Below are positions 60,998 through 64,000 of a DNA stretch of 64,000 nt, one piece after another. Below the pieces are notes generated by a model, which searched no databases, was not told the DNA's origin, and was given only the letters and a program-made list of their open reading frames with translations. How positions within the stretch are numbered: position 1 is the stretch's first letter; each line of letters starts with the position of its first letter. The stretch spans positions 110,114,001 through 110,178,000 of the forward strand of contig NC_058373.1 in NCBI RefSeq assembly GCF_018350175.1. Reading direction: 5' to 3'. The position numbers and the translations under genes are program-made. Origin of the DNA: Felis catus. Lineage: Eukaryota.

Positions 60998-63089
60998 TGG
61001 ACCACTGGACAGTGCAGCCTATCTGGACAAAATGAAAAACTACCTGGCATCGATAGAAAAAGAGAAAGATTCTTTAAGCAAGATGAAAATGGAATGGGAA
61101 AATTTATCAAAGTGTGTGACTGACATGGATAAGAAGGTTTCGGAAAGCCAGATCCGGCAACTTGCACGTAGTTGTGAACAAGTAGAACAGTTGGCTCGAA
61201 AGAAGTATTCTCAGCAAGTAGCAGAAAATGATGAATTTATACTTTTCATGCGTGCGATCCAAGACCTTGACGTTTCTCTGCAGCAACAGCAGCAGTTCGG
61301 GCTGAACTCTCCAGAAGAACAGGAGGGGAGCCCAGGCACAGTTGCCTTGGCCACTGAACTCCGGGCTATCAAGCAGAGATTTTTGGCTTTGAAGGGGCAA
61401 GCTGAATTTCAGATGGAGAGGATTTGGGGAGAAAAAGAAAAGAATACTTTGGAAGATGCAATGAATAATTTGCAGAAGCGATTGGAAGCCTTGGAGCCAT
61501 TAAACACAGAGGTGGAAAATCAGATCAAGATGTGTGAAACAAGGACCAGGATGAGAGAGATTATCCTGTGGGTCAAGAATCTGCTAGGTGAACTCGCTCC
61601 TACCATTTGCCTTCTCCCAGATGACATCCTTTCACAGATCAGAAAGTGCAAGATGACACATGATGGCATTCTGGATAAGCACCAAGCTGTGGAGTCCTTG
61701 GTTGAAGAGGTCAAAGATAATACTCCTAATCTTCCAGCAGAGGAGAGCAATGATTTAAATCACCTCCTACAGGACTTACAGAATCAGTACCAAATGCTAG
61801 TTTTAAAGTCAACGGAAAGATCACAGCAATTAGAATTTAAATTGGAAGAAAGGAGAAGATTTTTTGCCGTAATAGAGAAGGTTCAACTTTCACTTCAGGA
61901 AAATGAAGCACTGATAAATCCCAAGATGAAAACAGCCTCCACAGAAACTGAACTAGAACATGAGCGTGTCACTTTGATGAGTTCTCAGAAGGAATTGCAA
62001 GAAGCGGAGAGTGTGATCTTGACCCACCTTCAGGAACAAACAAACATCTGTAAGGATCTAAATGTGTTCGAAAGATTATTTCTGGATGACCAGTTGAAAA
62101 ACCTTAAGACTAGAGCCCATAGAACGCAAAGATTAATTCAAAGTAAATGTAAGGAAGTGGAACACAAGATCCATTTTTACAGAGAATTCCATGAAAAAAC
62201 ATCTGTGCTTCAGAAGGAGGTTGACCATATACGGCACAACGAACTGCTGCTAAATCAAGAAATAAATCAAGATGTTGAAAAGGAGCTCTGTGGCCTTAAA
62301 GACCAACTCACTGGTATTCAGTCTAGTATCCTACAGCTACGGAAACTCAAAGAAGTGTTTGAATGTATAGGACTAAGCTGGGATGGTTCCCAACTTGACC
62401 AATTACACACCCAAGTAGTTGAGAAAGAAAAGGAACTCGAGGAAAAAATTAAGCAGTTGGCAGACCATGTGGCAGACCATGGCAGATATCAGGCATCACT
62501 AAGTAAATTGAGGGCTATGGACTTGCAAATTAAGAAAAGAGCCGAAGCGGTGCTAGAAATGCCCCAGACCTCACCAGAAAGGAGTTTGCTCGATGCTCAG
62601 ATTTTGAATCGGAGAATTGAGAAAGCCATGTGCTTGTGTCAAGAGATACTAAAGAAATTGAATGAAAGTAAGGCCTTTGATGACACCTTCAAAGAGAAAG
62701 AAATGCCGCGGATAAAGCTGTATGCAGAAGAAAATGACAAGTTACGCAAGGTTCTCCAAAACAGCATACTAAAATCCCAACCCAAAGAAGTGAACGAACA
62801 GAGTTTTCAGGACAAACTGGAAAATTCCTTACATGTTTTGAAGCAGATAAAATCTCAGTTAGAGCAGCCTTTGCTTATAAATTTGGACATTGAACATATT
62901 CAAAATGAGAAGGATAATTGTGAAGCATTTCAAGAGCAAGTTCAGGCAGAAATGGATAGCGTGAAAGCTGTGACCATCATTGAGAAGCAAAGAGAAGAAA
63001 ATTCTCCTGGAGCTAATGATGTGGAGGCAAAATTACGTGACATTGAAGATCTTCACATGCAGCTTGCTACGAGCCTTGATTTGCGCACA
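60998..63089 (+). CDS. SYNE2: SYNE2 window exon 29, giant internal exon (2092 nt) GPLDSAAYLDKMK...TSLDLRT
   Basis: tctctag| ... ACA|gtaggt; phase 2/0; matches 692-aa ORF 61032..63110; helical spectrin-repeat composition. Confidence 0.95.
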
Positions 63090-63649
63090 GTAGGTTTTTT
63101 TTTCAATTAGGTGGTTAATGCATTTCTTTTTATTGCATGGTTTTAGCTTTTACTCTAGGTAATATCTGTGCTTCTTCAGCAGTTATAGGTTCTACATGAA
63201 TAGGTTCTCCATAGAATAGCCATTTAAAAGAAACTTGCGGTGGACCAGTTTACAATCCCACCTCAATTGACATCTAAATACAGTGCTTTATAGACAGGAA
63301 AGAGAAATGTGAAGCCTTTACTTCTATACCCCTGGCAACCCCTGTTGAGTTCAGACGGAGTTTGGTTTTGGTTTGTGTTTTTAGAAATAGTGAGGCATAG
63401 TGGAAGAAATATAATGTAGAGAAAATAACATAAAATAATAACTCCGCGTTCATTTAGAACTTACAGTGTCTGGGAACCGTGCTGAATACTGTGTTTTTAA
63501 TCCTCATAGCAACTCTGTTGGGGGGGGGGTGCTATCATTAGCTCTATTTCAAAATAAGGAAATTTAAGTTCAGGAACATCAACAGTTTTCTCAGGCTCCT
63601 GCATCAGGAACAGAACAGGATTCGAGTCAAGGTCTGTCTGATTTTAGAG

Positions 63650-63870
63650 CTTGGGTCATCAAATGAAGGTTCATGGGCCAAATCTGCCCATGGTGCCTGA
63701 TTTTGTAAATAAAGTTTTATTGTATCATGGCCATGCTCATTTCTTTAGAGAATGTCTATGCTCCTTTCCTGCTACACCAGCAGGGTTGAGTAGTTGTGAT
63801 AGTCCAGATGGCGGGCAAAGCCTAAAATATTTAGTCTGGCCCTCGACAAGAAAAGTTTGCTGACCTCTGG
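63650..63870 (-). mobile_element. MER58-like DNA transposon relic
   Basis: TTTTGTAAATAAAGTTTTATTG...GCCTAAAATATTTA...AAAGTTTGCTGACCTCTG. Confidence 0.75.
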
Positions 63871-64000
63871 TGTTGTAGAATGAGTCCAACATACTCCCTC
63901 CTTTTCCACAATAATTAGGAGAGATAGCTTAGGCATTGCTGGAACACTTGTACTTAATATAATGCCTTTCACTGTATTTTCAGAATTGTCACATTAAACT

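Larger units (their letters stand above)
1562..63089 (+). other. SYNE2: SYNE2 (nesprin-2) gene body, internal portion: 29 coding exons in window, spliced frame 7425 nt / 2475 aa of spectrin-repeat rod
   Basis: Exon translations resemble mammalian nesprin-2 as I recall it (e.g. HLIAKGSM, SLHHEMSLYIQQLKIDIEKGKLSD, LLPDDILSQIRKCK). All junction phases are compatible with no in-frame stop. Confidence 0.96.

Noticed and set aside
1..64000. A novel prokaryote-style system (CRISPR, operon, defence island) or snoRNA/miRNA gene
   Set aside because: Mammalian intron-exon DNA; no repeat-spacer arrays and no box C/D or H/ACA architecture that I could support by eye.

Overview
Felid (cat-family) genomic DNA, judged from abundant feline Can-SINEs (SINEC_Fc type) and young carnivore L1. 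The whole window lies inside SYNE2 (nesprin-2, a giant spectrin-repeat nuclear-envelope protein) on the + strand. I mapped 29 consecutive internal coding exons by hand (1562..63089). All have GT-AG boundaries and compatible phases, and they join into one stop-free frame of 7425 nt (2475 aa), ending in a 2092-nt giant exon. They probably correspond to human exons ~20-48 (numbering recalled, not verified). No start or stop codon of the gene is in the window. Introns hold about 35 Can-SINEs (mostly antisense), young and old L1, L2, MaLR/ERV LTRs and DNA-transposon relics. I see no evidence for a wholly new biological system. The most notable oddities are: a 15-bp triplication across an exon/intron junction that creates three in-frame splice donors; a doubly truncated L1 fragment replacing the middle of a SINE (double-strand-break-repair-like insertion); inverted repeats bracketing exon blocks (circRNA candidates); two candidate poison exons; and repeated same-site SINE insertions.
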